A DNA stretch of 64,000 nucleotides, taken from assembly GCA_013239625.1 (NCBI GenBank), contig MU053561.1, positions 2,496,283 through 2,560,282 on the forward strand, read 5' to 3'. Shown here piece after piece: positions 37,501 to 52,500 of the stretch (positions within the stretch are counted from its first letter, which is position 1; every line of letters starts with the position of its first letter). The stretch is from Lama guanicoe. Taxonomy: Eukaryota. The translations under genes were made by a program, and so were the position numbers. The notes under the pieces are model-generated. The model ran no database searches and had not been told where the DNA came from. It saw only the letters and a program-made list of their open reading frames with translations.

Positions 37501-40500
37501 CTGTGTTCCCTTCCTGACTGTGAGTACCAAGGAGAAGGTGCCCCACGAGCACCATTAGTACAGTGATCACCAAATACTTCACATTCTATTAAAACATCAC
37601 CAAAGAAAGACTTTCACAAAAGCAGAATTCGGTCCTGGAAAACTTTGACTTGCTTACCTGTGTATGACAACATCTTTCTGCTGCCCTACTCTATAAATTC
37701 GGTCACAAGCTTGATCTTCAAGTGACGGATTCCTGTGAAGAGACAGATAAAGCTCAAACTTACTGACATCCTAGACAGGGGGTGGGCAAATCCCATGGGC
37801 CAAATCCAGCCTGCAGTCTGTTTTCATATGGCTCTCGAGCTAAAAATGGTTGTTACATTTTTAAAGGTTTGTAAAAAGTCAAAAACAGAAACCAACAAAG
37901 AATATATGACAGAGACCTATGTAGCTGGCAAAGCCTAAAATATTTACAGAAAAAGTTTGCAGATCTCTGTTCTAGTCTATATGGGACTCAGAAAGTCCCA
38001 GATATCCTCTCTCTTGTGAAACTGGGGTCAGATTGCTAATAGTAACTCTTCGCACCATCATCAGTTGAAAACTCTAAGTAACAGACTAAACCAATGTTTA
38101 AATCTGGTCACTAATTAGCTAGATGACTTTGGGCAAATCATCTAACCTCAACCCTCTAGGCTTCAGATGGCTACTCGGGAACACGAGGAGTGGCAAATGA
38201 TCTATAATGCTTTTTCCAAGTTTTATATTCCATGATTCAACTAAGGAGACTTACTTGGTTTCCTTCTTTATAGATTCTCATTATCAATTTCCAACTAGTT
38301 TCTCATCTCACCTCTGAAACCTTGGATAATGTTTCTCCAGTTCAGAAACCAGCATAATTCTTATTCTGCTTTCCTCACTTGCATGCATATGGGAGTCTCA
38401 AGTAAAGACTAAACACATTCTCCAGGAAGACAGTAACAGGCTGGCCTGTTTGTGCCCATCTGGGCTGCCCAGGGAATTGACAAATGACAATCCCTGGCAA
38501 CAGTGCCTGGAGCAGCAATCCCTGATTGGCATAATTGGAAAATCAAAACTGAGACGAATTATGACATTTCCTCCTAGCAATATATGAACATATTCACCTG
38601 GTATCTAGGAAGGATGCTGCTATGCTCTTGGTCTTAATACTATGTGCAGTGAGTCCAAAGCTATGTGTTAAGGTGTGTCTAACATAATTAGAAAATTCCT
38701 CTGCCTTTCCTTTTGGAGCACTGGTTCTCCCTCTTCTTCAAGGTTGAGATTCCTTAGACGTCAATAAATATGTCTGAAATACGGTGTTTTGAAGACATAA
38801 AACTCTTCATCGAGTGGTGTAGCTCTCAGCCAGGAGGAAAAGCCCTGATCCCAGTTTCCATGGAAACAGATGTTAAGAGTAAAGTGAATGGACTATTTTA
38901 AACAGTCATTTGAAGCCTTGCTTGCTTAGGAATTCGGGGCTGTCAACTAGCCCTACACCATTCTGATCTGTATTATACACACGTACGCACAGAGGCATCT
39001 CCACGACACAGAAGGAGCACACTCAACATGAGAAGTCAAGCCCTACCGCCCTTCTAGCCTGCTGGTCTCCCCGCTCTGCTGTGACAACTCAGGAATAATC
39101 CAGAATTGTTACCAGTGCATGTCCAGGAGAAAAAGATGGTTTCCTCCAGTCAGGTTTAGGCCAACACCTCCAGCCAAGAGAGAGATCAGCATAACCTTCA
39201 AAAGGAAGCACACCATTAACCGTGCACAGAATCAGCCTCATAGTGGACCTCTCCTTCTGCCTCAGGTTCAAGCCCAAGATCAACACAAACAAGCAACATG
39301 CTCTTATCAAATCTCCTTCTCCTGCTGTGAACGCAGTGTTCGGAAATCTTGAGACGCTCTCTCCCATGCCTTGCCTTTGGGAAAATTCTCATTTAGCCTT
39401 TTTCTGTCAGTCAATCTCCAAACATTAATTGTGTGCCTGCCAATTATATAAATACTACAATTTAGAGCACGGGGGGTGGTTAGCTCAATAAACTTTGCCT
39501 TACCCAGATTCCATCTGTTCCATCAGTGCCCCCACCATTGCTACGCTTCTCCTATCACACAACTAGTGCTGTCCAACTTCCTGTTACGCATAACTCCCTC
39601 CTATCAAAATCCCACCTATCCTTCCAGGCTTGCCTCCTCCACAAAGATTCCCTATTAGATGCCTTTGTTCCTCTACTTCCCTCCACCTTCCCTCCTGTCA
39701 AAATCCCACCTATCCTTCCAGGCTTGCCTCCTCCACAAAGATTCCCTTGATCCTAACAGTTCTGCTCTTCCTCTCCTTTCAGGCCTCAGATTTTATTCTT
39801 AGAGGACTTGCACACTTTGATATGTACCCCCAGTAAATGTCAAAGAAATGAGAAACACCTGGAGAGAGCAGGGCTATGAATATTTTTGAACTGAGCTATG
39901 TTCGGATCTGTAGAACCAAGAACAATTTGTTCTGAATTATATAGCTCTGCTGTGATCGGCTCGTACCTGAGGGCCCCTGGCACTGTTAAATGCCTCTACC
40001 AAGTCCATTCTCTGTTTGGGGTTGACAGAGCCATCGATGGTAGCATAGGTCAGTTCATGCCTCTTAAGGTGCAATGCTACAACCTTCAGCATGCTGGTCC
40101 ACTGAGAGACGATGACACTGGAGGAAGGAGGCAACAAAAAACCAATAACCCCCACGAGACATTAAACAAACTCATCTACAGGGCTTTCATGCCTGTTATT
40201 TTAAGATTCAGTTATCAAATGTGGCCGAGGTAAGGCTTTCTGCTACCTAAGGGGAAGAGGCACACATTTAAGTCATGTCACACGATTATAATGCTTCTGG
40301 TTACTTCTAGATCCAGTCTACAACTTACCTGCTAAATGAAGTCAAAATAAAGTGATGGCTAAACTAAAGTAACCACTGTAGGTTCCGATTTTCTGGGGGC
40401 TCATCCAGAGGAGGTCTGTGCTCCTGCAGAATAAGGTTCAGGCCCCTCCCTCTGTCAATCAGATCAATAAGCCGCTAGGGATTCTCTGTTTCCCCCCATG

Positions 40501-43500
40501 CTACGCTTTAGTTAGAGGTTTAAGTTTTTAGATCAAAATATTTCCTATCTACAAATGCAGTGAATAACATACAGTAAAGTATAATAAATAACAAATGAAC
40601 TTCCTTATATCCAGACACCCAGCTTAGGAACGTTCCCAGCACTCTGGGGCTCCCTTCTGATCACACTCTGCTGCCTCCCTTTTCTGCATCTGTTATTCTG
40701 TTGCTTTTTTTCTCAAGCCTTCTTCCCTCCTCTTAAACATCTCTCCAGATGCTTAGCTTACTCTGGTCCTCTAGGGATTGCCTTTTCAATCCATGCCACA
40801 GATATTTTCATTAGAAATCACAGGGGATGTGTGCTCTAACCTCAGTGTTTTCTGCTGGGCCCGACTCAAGTCCTTGATATAAAGAGCTCAGATTTATAAC
40901 TATCCGCAATATCAAATTTTCTGGCTTAATTACAAGCAATACTTGGGTAATGAAATAACACATTTACCTCTTTTGGGACCCCGAGTTTCTTCGGATTGCC
41001 TCCAATTCTGCCAGCAGAGATGAAATCTGGGAAAAGGTTATATTAACACATGCGGGTTTAAGCAAATTTGCTTTTCTCCCTTTTCTCTCCCCTGAGTGAA
41101 AGGATCGGTCTCCTCTGTGGCCTCTCTGCATGGTCTGACCCCTACTAGTCCACTCCCCTCTTTGCAGCCAGAGGGCTAGTTCCAAAATGTCAGTTTCCTA
41201 TTTTCCTCCTCTGGCTGGAGCCCTTGCAGTGGCTTTCTGCTGAGAATAAAGCCCAGGCCTCTACAGTGACCTCCCAGATCCCTGCTGCTCTGCCTTCTGC
41301 TCACATCTCCAGCCTCATCCAGCCCCTGCTCACATCATCCAGCCCCATCAAAATTCTTCCTCCACAAAGCCATGCTTTGTCCCATCTTTGTCCATTCTGT
41401 TCCCTCTGCCTAGAACAGCCTTTTCTGTCAACTTAATGCCACTTCTTGGCGATCCTCCCCAATCCCAGGTGTCCACTGCTTATGTGCTACGATAGCACAT
41501 TTTCTTTCTATAATCATGGTCTTTTCCATTCTATATATTAATTGCTTGTTAATCATCTTTTGCTTTCACAGCCTGAGATGTTCCAAAGATGCAGAGCCAG
41601 AATGTGTCTGGTCTGTTTCTGTACCCCTAGCACCCAGCATGCATTGCTGGACCAGAGAAGGCACCAGCCTAACATTTGCACAAGGAGAAAATGAAAGAGC
41701 TTGACCTAGTTTGAGACCTGCTCCAAAGGCTGTTGAAGAAGAAGACCTGTCCAGACTGAGGAACACTTGCTAAAGCTTCCCAGCAAGTTCTCTGGGTATT
41801 TATCAGACCCCACATTCGAGTCTACATGGGACCAGCCGGGAAGAACACATGGGCAGGACCTTGGAGAGCAGCTGGGTTTAATCTTCCTGACCGCTAATGG
41901 GAATGATCTTTCAAAAGGCTCTAAGGGACCTAGAGTTCATCCCTAGAATGGCAGAGAAGGAAGAAAATTAGACCAGGAATCAGGAGATGCAGAGAGTTCT
42001 TACTCTGCCATCACAGGGCTGTATCACTTTGGAACTCCCAGTTAAGAGCTCAGCTTCCTTATCGGGGGGAAAAAGGTTGTGCTGTTAGTGGTAAGCTGTG
42101 GAGGCCCCCACACATGAGGCTACCTTCCAATCTAAACAAACACGCTGGTGCCCGGGCAGGAAGACCATCACAGGACTGTGCCATTTTGAATCAGTAGGAA
42201 GACAAAAAGCAGGTAGCTGAAGTGCCTGGTGTCTTGGCAACTTGAGGTTGTGGAACACACTGAGTTTCATATGGATGTGAAAAGCCTAGCGATAGGTGTT
42301 TTGAGAAAACTGCAGCAGTGGGACCGGGATTCACGGTCTAGGAGCTGGGGCTGAATCCCAGTAACATTCTGTATGCGTTTAGGTTTGTGCTACCCAAGAA
42401 AACTCCCTTCCCCGACATGAAACAACTCTGAGTTTGAACCAAGACTAATGGGCTTACGTTAAGAAGCCCTGCACGTAATTACCTGAGTATCAGACAAATT
42501 GTTGGGAACACAAATTATTAGCAATGTTATGTTTTAACCCAATAGCTAACCGAGGGTGCTAGGACCTGGTGCCCAGCCACATACAGTCTCTTCATCTGTT
42601 CCTCTCAGTTACTAGTGGTGAAGACCTAGGCACATACTTTAAAAATCTAATGAAAGGTCATCATGCTATTAATTTGGCTTTATTTACTAACAACATATAG
42701 GCTATATATAGCATTCCCTTTAACTCAGATGCAGAAAGAACCCTGTACACAAATTTTTGAGTGTGGTTAGACTGAATGGATGGATGCTGACAAAGGAGCA
42801 AGGATTGAGCACATTCACGATTATGACAAAACAAGCCCAGCACAGGGAGGTGTATGAGCACTGACAGCCTCTGTGTGTTTACTTTTCTCATCTGTGGTAT
42901 CTTAGAACATATGCTTGATCTCTCCTGTCCTTGGAAAACATGGCTTCTCTTTATTTTCTAAGGGGCGCTTGCTCCCAAGTAGTTTTCTGAGAGGCCAGAA
43001 TGAAATAAGCTGGTTGATCTGTTTTCAAAACATGTATACAGATAGGGAAACTGGATGCATGAATGTGGTACACTTTAACCTTTTGGTTTAATATAAGAAA
43101 CTAAGCATTCTTCCCTTTCACAGAGGTGAATGATTTGTTCAGGAGGATAGCTTGGAAGATTATACCTGGGAATTCAGTGACTGAGGGAAAAATCCATTTA
43201 AAGTGAAGCGTAGACTATAATATGTTAGCACAGTATACTACTGTCTAGATTAAAAGGGAGCTAGCAAGTGCACCATTCCCTTGGCAGTGACCTCCTTTCT
43301 AGTTATATTTTTTTAAAAGCCTGAGAAGAGAGATTGAGACTAGGCATGGCAGCCTCAGAAGGCAGTAGAAAAAACCAGCCGCTCAGTGCAAGTTAATGGG
43401 CACGTTCCCGGCGAGGCAGCAGAGAGGCAGGACTCGAGGCCCACACGCCCCGGCGTTCCCCTGATAGAACTCTACAGCCTTAAAATGCTTCAGTGAAAAC

Positions 43501-46500
43501 AGAACAGAGAGACTCATGAAGATAGGAGGCGGGCAGGAAATGATATTTGCAGATGGAAGCCTTTCAACAGAGCAAAGCAGTTGGCACTCAGACATCTTCC
43601 ACAGTCTGGAAGGTCAAGCCTTTGTTGCTTTTCTGAAGCCAGCTGCTCACTCGCCCGGGCCCTGTCTCCAGCAGAAGAAACCTGACCGGCTCCGTCCCTA
43701 GGAACCCATGGCAGATGGGCTGGCCCAAGTCACCCTCTGAAAAAATCACTAGGTAGTTAAGATTTTAGTTTTTTTCATGGAATGAAATTAGAATTTAAGA
43801 CTGGAGGGGGAATGTGACCAGCTAACACCTAACCGCTCTAGCCCTGCTGTCAAACGGCCGTACCTGCGCGGACAAACGTGGCGCTGTCACGCAGGGAAAT
43901 GTGGGAGGAGTCCAAGTCTTTCTACCAGAATAGAGGAGACCCCAGTACCTTGGTGCTCTCTCTCATGTCGTCAAAAAGCTCCACCTTGAAGCACTGGCCG
44001 TTAAGGGAGACAGAGGCAGATGGCTCTGCGTCACGGAGCTCGGACAAGGTCAAGGCGCTGAGCTGCTCCTCCAGGGAAAGGACCAGGCCTTCGTTCTTCA
44101 GTTCTGTCGGATCCAGGGCCTGGGCACAGTCAGACAGGGGACACAGCGGACGGGAAGCTGAGGCCACGAGCCGTGGGACGTGCCAGCGGAGTGCTGACTG
44201 CTTAATACGTCACACAGCAAAATGTCTCGTAACTTACCAACAGTGTCTCCACAGGTAAACCATGATTCAAATGTAATCTGGCAAGTTTTTTTCACCAGAT
44301 CAAAAATAAATCAAATAATGGAACTTTTTAGAGACTTGTCAGACAGATTACAAGAGTGTTCTGTTTTCCCCAGCTGGAATGGGACAGTTAATTAAGCTAC
44401 TGATCATCAAGATACAATTTACCACCTAAAAAGAGATGTATTATTGCAGCTCCTCAAAAGAATAACACACTTCAATAAAAAAATTTATTAATAAAGAAAA
44501 TATTTTCAAATACTAAGAGTATTTTTTCTGTTCATTATAAAACAGTATGCTTATTATAGAAAATTTGGGAAAGTTCAGAAGAGTATAAAGAAAATAAGAA
44601 TCCTTGATAACCAAGGAGAAAATGTTAACTGCCAAGAAAAAAAAAAAGAGTAACAGATTCCTCTTAACTATAGATGTGCCTCTATCCAACGTAATGGCAA
44701 CTTTTCCAATTGTATAAATACTTCAGTTTTCACAACTAGATTTAAAACTAGTAACTAAATTAGCTTTATGGCATCTTAAAATAACCAAAGTATTCATAAA
44801 GCGGTTTCTTTCTTAACAAAATGCCACTTTCTATTCTAAAATAAAGCTTATTGAAAAGAAGACAAATAAAAAACTGTTCTCAGCATCATGGGAATTATCT
44901 CAAGATCGATAAAGGTTAATATAAAATAAAGTAACATAAACAAGTCTCCTCTTTTCTGCCCCACCAAAAGCCAGAAACACCCCCAAGTGGCATTTCCCTT
45001 GCTCCAGCAGATTGCCCCGGTTGCAGGAGGCGGAGGTGGACTTGCCCGCAGCCCGACTGGGGCCCCACACACAGGGCTTCACTTACCGACTTCAGTAAAG
45101 AAAGATGACAGCAGCACTGGCGGAGCCTCAGCAGCTGTGACAGGATGTGGACGGTGCTGGATGTCTGAGAGTCTGCGGACACAGAGGCGCCGGGCCCACT
45201 GGACCCGAACTCCTGGGCCACTGCCGAGAAGGGACACAGGTGCGGGAAACGGCGCAGGGTTTAAATCAGAAATACGGGGAAGCCCCGTGAATGCAATGAG
45301 GCGATTTTAAACTTCCATGATCTGAGACTCAACAACACAGTTCTAACTCACTTCTCTACCAATTAAGCCAAATGAAATACTGTTTTCTTTATAGTCTTAC
45401 CTGTGTTTTAATAAAACAGATGTCAAAAATGACTAAAAAGTTTAGATCACCAGGTCTGGTGCTTACAGATCAGTATATTTTCCTTTGGTTTGAGGTCCCT
45501 AGGTCAAGTCTCTGAGATCAAGAATTCACGACCCTTGGGGAGTGGGTATAGCAAAGGGGGGATGGTGGGCATAGCTCAGTGGCAGAGCGCATGCTCAGCA
45601 TGCACGAGGTCCTAGTTTCAATCCCTAGTACCTCCATTTAAAGAAAAAAAAAGAATTCACGACCCCATTTCTAGAATTTACCAAATCTGAACCTACACTT
45701 CCATTAATTACATGTCCTTCTGGGTGCCCCACTGCTCACCTCTCATGAACGGGTTATCAGGGCTTCTTCCAGATTGCCGGTCCCCTCTTTCATGCCTTTG
45801 TAGGTAGGACTGCAGAGCTGACCTGCCCCAGATCACGAGAGAAAATGCTCATATAACGTTTGCTATGACCAACTAGGTTTACGGTGGTCACTGCTTAACT
45901 GTGCTTGCAGTGGGACCTTGACAAATTACAAAACTGGACTTGTTAATGAAGTCAGCCGCATGGCAAGCATGGCCAAATGTAATTTAAAAAAAACCTTAAA
46001 AGCCAAATTGTTTAAAAATGATAACTACTAACAAATACATTAATGTTATAAAATATTAGCATTGTATTTAATATTAATATGTAATATAGTAATATATTAT
46101 TAACTAGTATTGATAATTTATATTACTTATTAATTTTTATAATTTATTATATTTATTTTAAAATATGAGATATACAAAGAGAAAAAACCTATTCATACTG
46201 GAAGTGAGAGGTACCAAGTAGGAGAATATAAATCTTGAATTCAGGGAAGGATGAGAGTTTTAGAGAAAGTGCAAAGAACAGATGACAATTAGGATTACCG
46301 AGCAGTTTTTTTTAAGTTTCAGTAAGAGGCTGGATAACAGGTCAAAGGTCAAAGAGATATGCTTTCCTCATATGGCCCCATGAGGGCCAGAAAGACCTCG
46401 CGTACAGTGACCACAGCCTTCTAAGCAAGGAAGCCAGTGAGGAGCAGGTTTGATGGGAGACAAAGGTGAGCTGGGGAGGAGGTAAGGAGAGAAAAGGGGA

Positions 46501-49500
46501 TTTAAAAAAAAAAAGAAACACAGATAGCCAACTTATCAGTAATACCCAACTGCAGTTTGAGGAACCTTGACCCTTGACGCACTCCCAAGCAAGAACAAAA
46601 ATGAAACAAGAGACGTGAGAAGGTGCTTTTTCACTGCACACACCTTGATCTTGCAAAAAGGACACTGTAAACTGTCTCTTCATCTTCAGAAAGCTTTAAA
46701 TGGTGCAACTGAAATTTCCGCTGGGGCAGCACCACCTGGGGGAGTGAAAGAGACGGCAGCCGGGATGAAGTCATACAACTCAACTGAGTACCACAGAGTC
46801 TGCTCCCCAGGGCTGACCCTGGAAATCTGGTCAAGCCCTGCACAGCGGCTCCCACCCTTCCCTGACAACAGGACCGCTCTAACACACGGCACAACAGGAC
46901 TGCTGTGACACCAGGTGCGGGACAGCGGCCCGAGGGCCTCCTCGCAGGAAAACGGGAGACTCAGAGGTTCCCAAAGCAGAGCAGACGGCTGCTCAAGCCG
47001 AGACCAGGACATGGTCCCTCTCCTTTTCAGCCTCCCCCAGGGACAGGTCTCATGGGATTACCAAGGGCCTGCCTGTGGAGTCCAGCTGGTCTTTTGTTCT
47101 CCTCAGCAAAAGGCTCTTTGTTAAAATATTTAACCTTTCTCCTCCTTTCTTTGAACCATTGTCAACCTGACTCCGCCACAGATTGAAGTCGTCAAACGGA
47201 GAACAACGGAGAAATCTATTTTGTTGAGGAGGAAGGACAGAGAAGAGAAATGAAGATTAGGAGGATGGAGGAAAAGTTCAAAGACAGGCATAGATGAAAA
47301 GCAGACCAGATTTTACATGTCATCCAATCACTTTTAAAAGCGAATTTCATAGCAAAGCTCTGCTAGACGGAGCAAAGGGATCCAAGTCAATAACCACATT
47401 ATAAAACCACACTATAAAAATGTAGATTTGCCCATTAATGGTGTCTGTATCGTTACAACAGGACATATAACTGATAGCCAGAATTCATTCCCAAAATTTC
47501 AAAGGCTAGTTAAGTTTTATATCCTCTTATGAGCTGACTTGAATAAAAGCAAGTATTTTAAAATTCAGCATTCTTTTCTGTTTGCTTCACATAAATTGTA
47601 GTCTTGACCCCAGGCCATAGGTTTTAAGGCAGAAATAGTCCAAAACATTCCCTGGACTGAAGAAAGATGACTTTTGTTTCTTTTAATTTAATCAGACCTA
47701 TACTTTCCCATATAGAGGGGCTGGATGTAATCAAAGTCCTCTATCAGCCAGTCAACCAACAGATTATTTTCTCATAAATATTAATTCTTTTGCCCTGTAA
47801 AGGTTGGTAGGCTTGCCATCTGCTACACGAGATAATGTGGTACACACTGGAGCTTTATCATGAGATATGAAGTAATTATGAAGGGTTCCCGACCAGGTTC
47901 ACGTTTACATAACCCCAAGGAGTTAACTTACTTCAGCAGTGAATACATGTCCAGCAAGTTGTTCTGAATGGGGGTCCCGGTGACAGCCCAGCGGGCTTGG
48001 GCTTGGAGCTTGCACACGGCTATGGAAGTCTGCACTCGGGGATTCTTAACGTTGTGAGCTTCATCCAATACGATTCGAGCCCAGACTACTCGAAGCAAGG
48101 GTGACGAGATACCCTGGAAGGAAGACACGTGAAATCCAACAAGGGCATAGGGAAAAAGTGCATGTCTTCAAGAAGACAAGGGGAAACAACAGGCAGGTAT
48201 CGGAGACACATCCCTACCTTCAAGTTTGAGGGCTTAGGTCAACTACGCTGAAATAAGAACTAAGCTTAAGAAACCAAGAGTAGAAACTCCAATGAGTACA
48301 AATAAACAACTCACTTGAGGTCCCAGTCCTTGAACATAAGATGCTTAAGGGTAACCTGTTTTCTAATTTAGGTTTTCTGTATTCTTCTAGCTCGCTTTTG
48401 AGCCACGGCCACGGGTCAGGGATACACTGTCGAGCCTGCAAATTCACTCAACCGATTAAAGTATTTACTAAATTTTTCTAAGCTTCTAAAAATTTACTAA
48501 AAGTCTACTTTTATATGTAAGATACTAAGCCAGACACAAAGAACAGTTCCTACCCTCAAGGAGCTCACAATCTAGCCATGGAGAGAAAACAAAATAAGCG
48601 TAAAGATAATGACAACACAGTGCATGTATGGTAAGTCCCACTGGATAAGTCAACACAGAACAGTAGGAAACTATGGTTACCAAAGGTACAAAGAGGGGGA
48701 GGGATAAATTAGGAGTTTGAGATCAACATATATACACTACTATACATAAAATAGATAAACAAAGACCTATTTTATAGCTGAGAGAACTGTATTCAATTCA
48801 ACTATATACAATGAAATGTCATGGAAAAGAAACTGAAAAAAATATATATATGTATGTATGTATATGTATAACTGAATCGCTTTGCTGTTCACCTCAAACT
48901 AACATTGTAAATCAACTACACTTCAACAAAAAATAAAAAACAAAACAAAACAGTCCAATATAGAACAGTGAGAATCTAGTCAGTCTTGTTCCCTGCTGCA
49001 TCCCTAAGACCTGAGTAGCATCTGGCATGTATTAGGTAACTCAGTATTTGCGGAATTGATGGAGTGCCAGGACATAAGTAAGCACAAGATGCTAGGAGAT
49101 GCACTAGACCAGAAAAGGAGGGAAAGCATTCTACTGAAAGGAGAACAGAGGCACAGCAGCATGACAGGGCGTGGTGCGAAGCACCGCCCCCAACCCCCAA
49201 GTACAGCTGAGTATGAGGCTCCCCAAGGAGGGCTGGGGTGTAGGAGATGGGGGACACTCAGGTAGGGCAAGAGCATAAAAGGCCTAACATATCATTTGAA
49301 AGAATTAGGGTTTTAACCTGACAGCTATGAGGAACTACTGAGGAATCTGAAAAGTTAATACATGCAAGACGGCAGAATCGGTCAGGAGATGGAGAAGCGT
49401 GCCAGAGCTCTCCCCAAGCACACAAATCTGGGAATATCCTGTTGTAATAAAAATAAAAGCATATGCAAAAGAGCAGCTCTTGGAACAACTCTGTATTTCC

Positions 49501-52500
49501 AGGGGAAGTGCACAAGAGCTATGCAATAAAGCCTCTGCAATACATACCCTGCACGCAGCAACAAACACTTGGGTTTTTTCTTTCTGATTTTTGTTTAGCC
49601 TCTGCCCATTGTAGGCTTATTATTGCAACCCCTTTTCCCGGGAGGCGGAGGATGGCAGGGAATAATGGCTTAATACCAAAATACTAGTGCTAAAATACTC
49701 GTCCTAACACTAAATTTAAAACACATCCTGAGAGTAGACCCCAAAGACTCTCAATGGAAAATTGCAACAAGGGAGGCTCTCCTATATTCATGCGATGATT
49801 ACCACCACACCTGCAATGTAGTTGTCATTAGTTCTAAAAACACAGCTAAATACTGCACCAAGTCTCCACCTTTGTCGCTGGGGAGGTTGTCTAGAGTAAA
49901 AGAGAAGGGTCAGAGGGAAGAACTCTTTGCTTCCATCAGTAGAACAGCTCGACATTCATGACCTTCTGGGAGGAGGGCACCTTTGCCATCTCTGATGCTG
50001 TGAAAAGACTCCTGTTAACCGGTATTGCGCTTCCAACTCTACTTCCCTGGCAGCCAGCACCCCCGCCTCACCTCCACACTGAGGTTTGCACCTGGGATCT
50101 CTCCCTCTTGCTTCTTCGTGGGAATCTCCTTGGCCAGAAGGCTGTAGGTAGTGATCACGATGTCATACGTAGAGAGGCTGCGTAGATATAACACAAAGCA
50201 AATGGTAAACGATCCCTCCATGACGCGGACAAGGAAAGGCAGAGTTGATTCCTTTACAAAAATTCCTGCGGCTGGAAGGACAGACAGCAGAATTCATCAA
50301 TTTATGTCCTTAATTCACACACACACACACGACTCTGGAGAGGTCAGTTTTATACACTTGGCTTCCTTATGTCTGACCACTGATCATTTTTACAATCTAC
50401 TCACTACAGCTAAAACAGCCTCCCTCTTCCCATCCAGGTCAGAAAGGATAACCTTTAGCAGGTGTCCTATTATGCTTGATATGATCTGGCAAGAACAGAA
50501 AGTCAGGTAGGGTTGGAAGTTAATATTCAGAAATGATTTGACACGGATGACACTAAAGTCCCAAGGAAGTAAGAAACCCTCAAAGCACAGCTCATCTTAC
50601 ATCAGTGATACTTTCTCCTGACTGTTTTGTGATGGACTTGTGAAAACCCATTAAGCTAGCTTTGACATTTGGGCATAAAACACACATTGTACACTTTCAG
50701 CTAACCTCATCTACACTCATTTCTTCTTTCTTTTTTTTTATTCAAGTATAGTTGATGTGTAACATTATATAAGTTACAAGTATAAAATACAGTGATTCAC
50801 AATTTTTAAAGATTATAATCCATTTATAGTTATTATAAAATATTGAGTATATTCCCTGTGTGTACAATATATCCTTGTAGCTTATTTTAGACATAATAGT
50901 TTGTACCTTTTAATTCCCCACCCCATTACTGCCCCTCCCTGCTTGCCTACACTCTTTACATGTCAAGATTCTTAGCAAAAAGCACAAATCTTTTTCCAAT
51001 AAAGTTTAATATCATGCACCTCAGAGAAGTTCAATACTTTGGTAAAAATGACATGCCTGGGGTGGGTAGAGCTCAGTGGTAGAGTGCGTGCTGAGCATGC
51101 ACAGGATCCTGGGTTCAATCCCCAGGACTTCTGCTAAAATAAAGAAACCAACCTAATCCTCCCCAAAAATAACCCACCAAAATGATATGCTTAATTTGGA
51201 AAGGCAGCAAATGTCTACAGGTTGCCTTAGCAGCATGGAAAGAAGTACAATTGTGAGTGATTCCAATCAGTCAGCTGGTGCATTCTGAACACCTAACCCA
51301 GTATGATCAAAGTGCAAATCAAGTAAGATGCAATTTACTTCTAAATAAAAATCCAGAGCAAAGGCAGGTCCCTTACAGTACTCAGTGTCAGAGAAGGCAT
51401 GCAGGACGGCCACCGCGGCCCTGATACCTTCCATCTGCTGAAATGACTACCAGTCACGAGAGGTGATGTGGTGTAAGCCTGAAGGTCACCAGTTTGGCAA
51501 GGTACCCCTGAGAGACTATTGCCCTGTTCTTTAGGAGATAAAATATCCACGTCAGAGGCTGGGGAGAGAGATCAGAGCCAGAAACAACTTAGCTCTTGAC
51601 TCAGCAAGTGTTCCATCCAGACCACCTTATCACAATTAGGAACGAAAAACAAGTCCTTTTAAACCAAAAGGCAAAGACTAGGACTAAAATCACCTTTTGA
51701 AAAAGCATTTTCTTTCCTACTTCCTGACCAAACCCCTTCAGGAATTGAGGAATTGAATCTAAAACTTCTTAGATGGCTCATATATGAAAAATACAGCCAT
51801 AAAAATATAACCAGACTATATCACCTAATTATTAATACTTTACCAAGATGCTTGACAAGACTAAGCTGGTTCCTTTCACACTAATAGACAGAGAATGTGA
51901 ATTTGGGATCAGAAATTCAGCAATTGTGAAATAACCGTGACATAGCCCCTTTTACCAGGGGAGTGCTGCTGCCCCCTGGCGGACTATGCAGGCATCTCAG
52001 GCTGACTCACGCAGCAGCTTACTGGGGACAGTGACAAGGATATAGCAACAGAACACCATTCCCATCTCACAAGATGCATCTCTCAGCACGTCTGGTGATG
52101 AGCATGCCTTTGATCTTCACAAATACCATTAGCCCTGACTAAATGAAATGCCCAGGAGAGCAGGTGAGGTCAGAATGGCCCCTTAAGCCAAGCCGCTGAG
52201 CACCGCACACTGACTGCAGTATTTCTGCACTTACACTTTTGCACGTTTATCCCGGTTTGGCCCATGATAGAGATAGACTCCGAGTTTGCTGTTGCTCACA
52301 CGTTTCTCCACCTCATTTTTCCAGTGATGGATCAGAGAAGCGGGACAGATGATTAGTGTTCCGTGGGAAGTGAACTCAGAGGAGTCTTGGGAGGGGGGAA
52401 AAAATCAACACCTAGTCACACTCATTGAATAGCTTTAACTTCTCAAAGGCATTATCTCTTTCCCTTGCCTGACTTTTATCCCTTCAATTAATATTTTTAA

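Noticed and set aside
39595..39747. CRISPR-like repeat-spacer-repeat arrangement
   Set aside because: Only two 59-bp copies in a mammalian intron, with no cas genes. A simple local duplication.
41027..43948. MIR942 hairpin, which I recall lying in this TTF2 intron in human
   Set aside because: No matching hairpin or mature sequence recognisable on either strand by eye.
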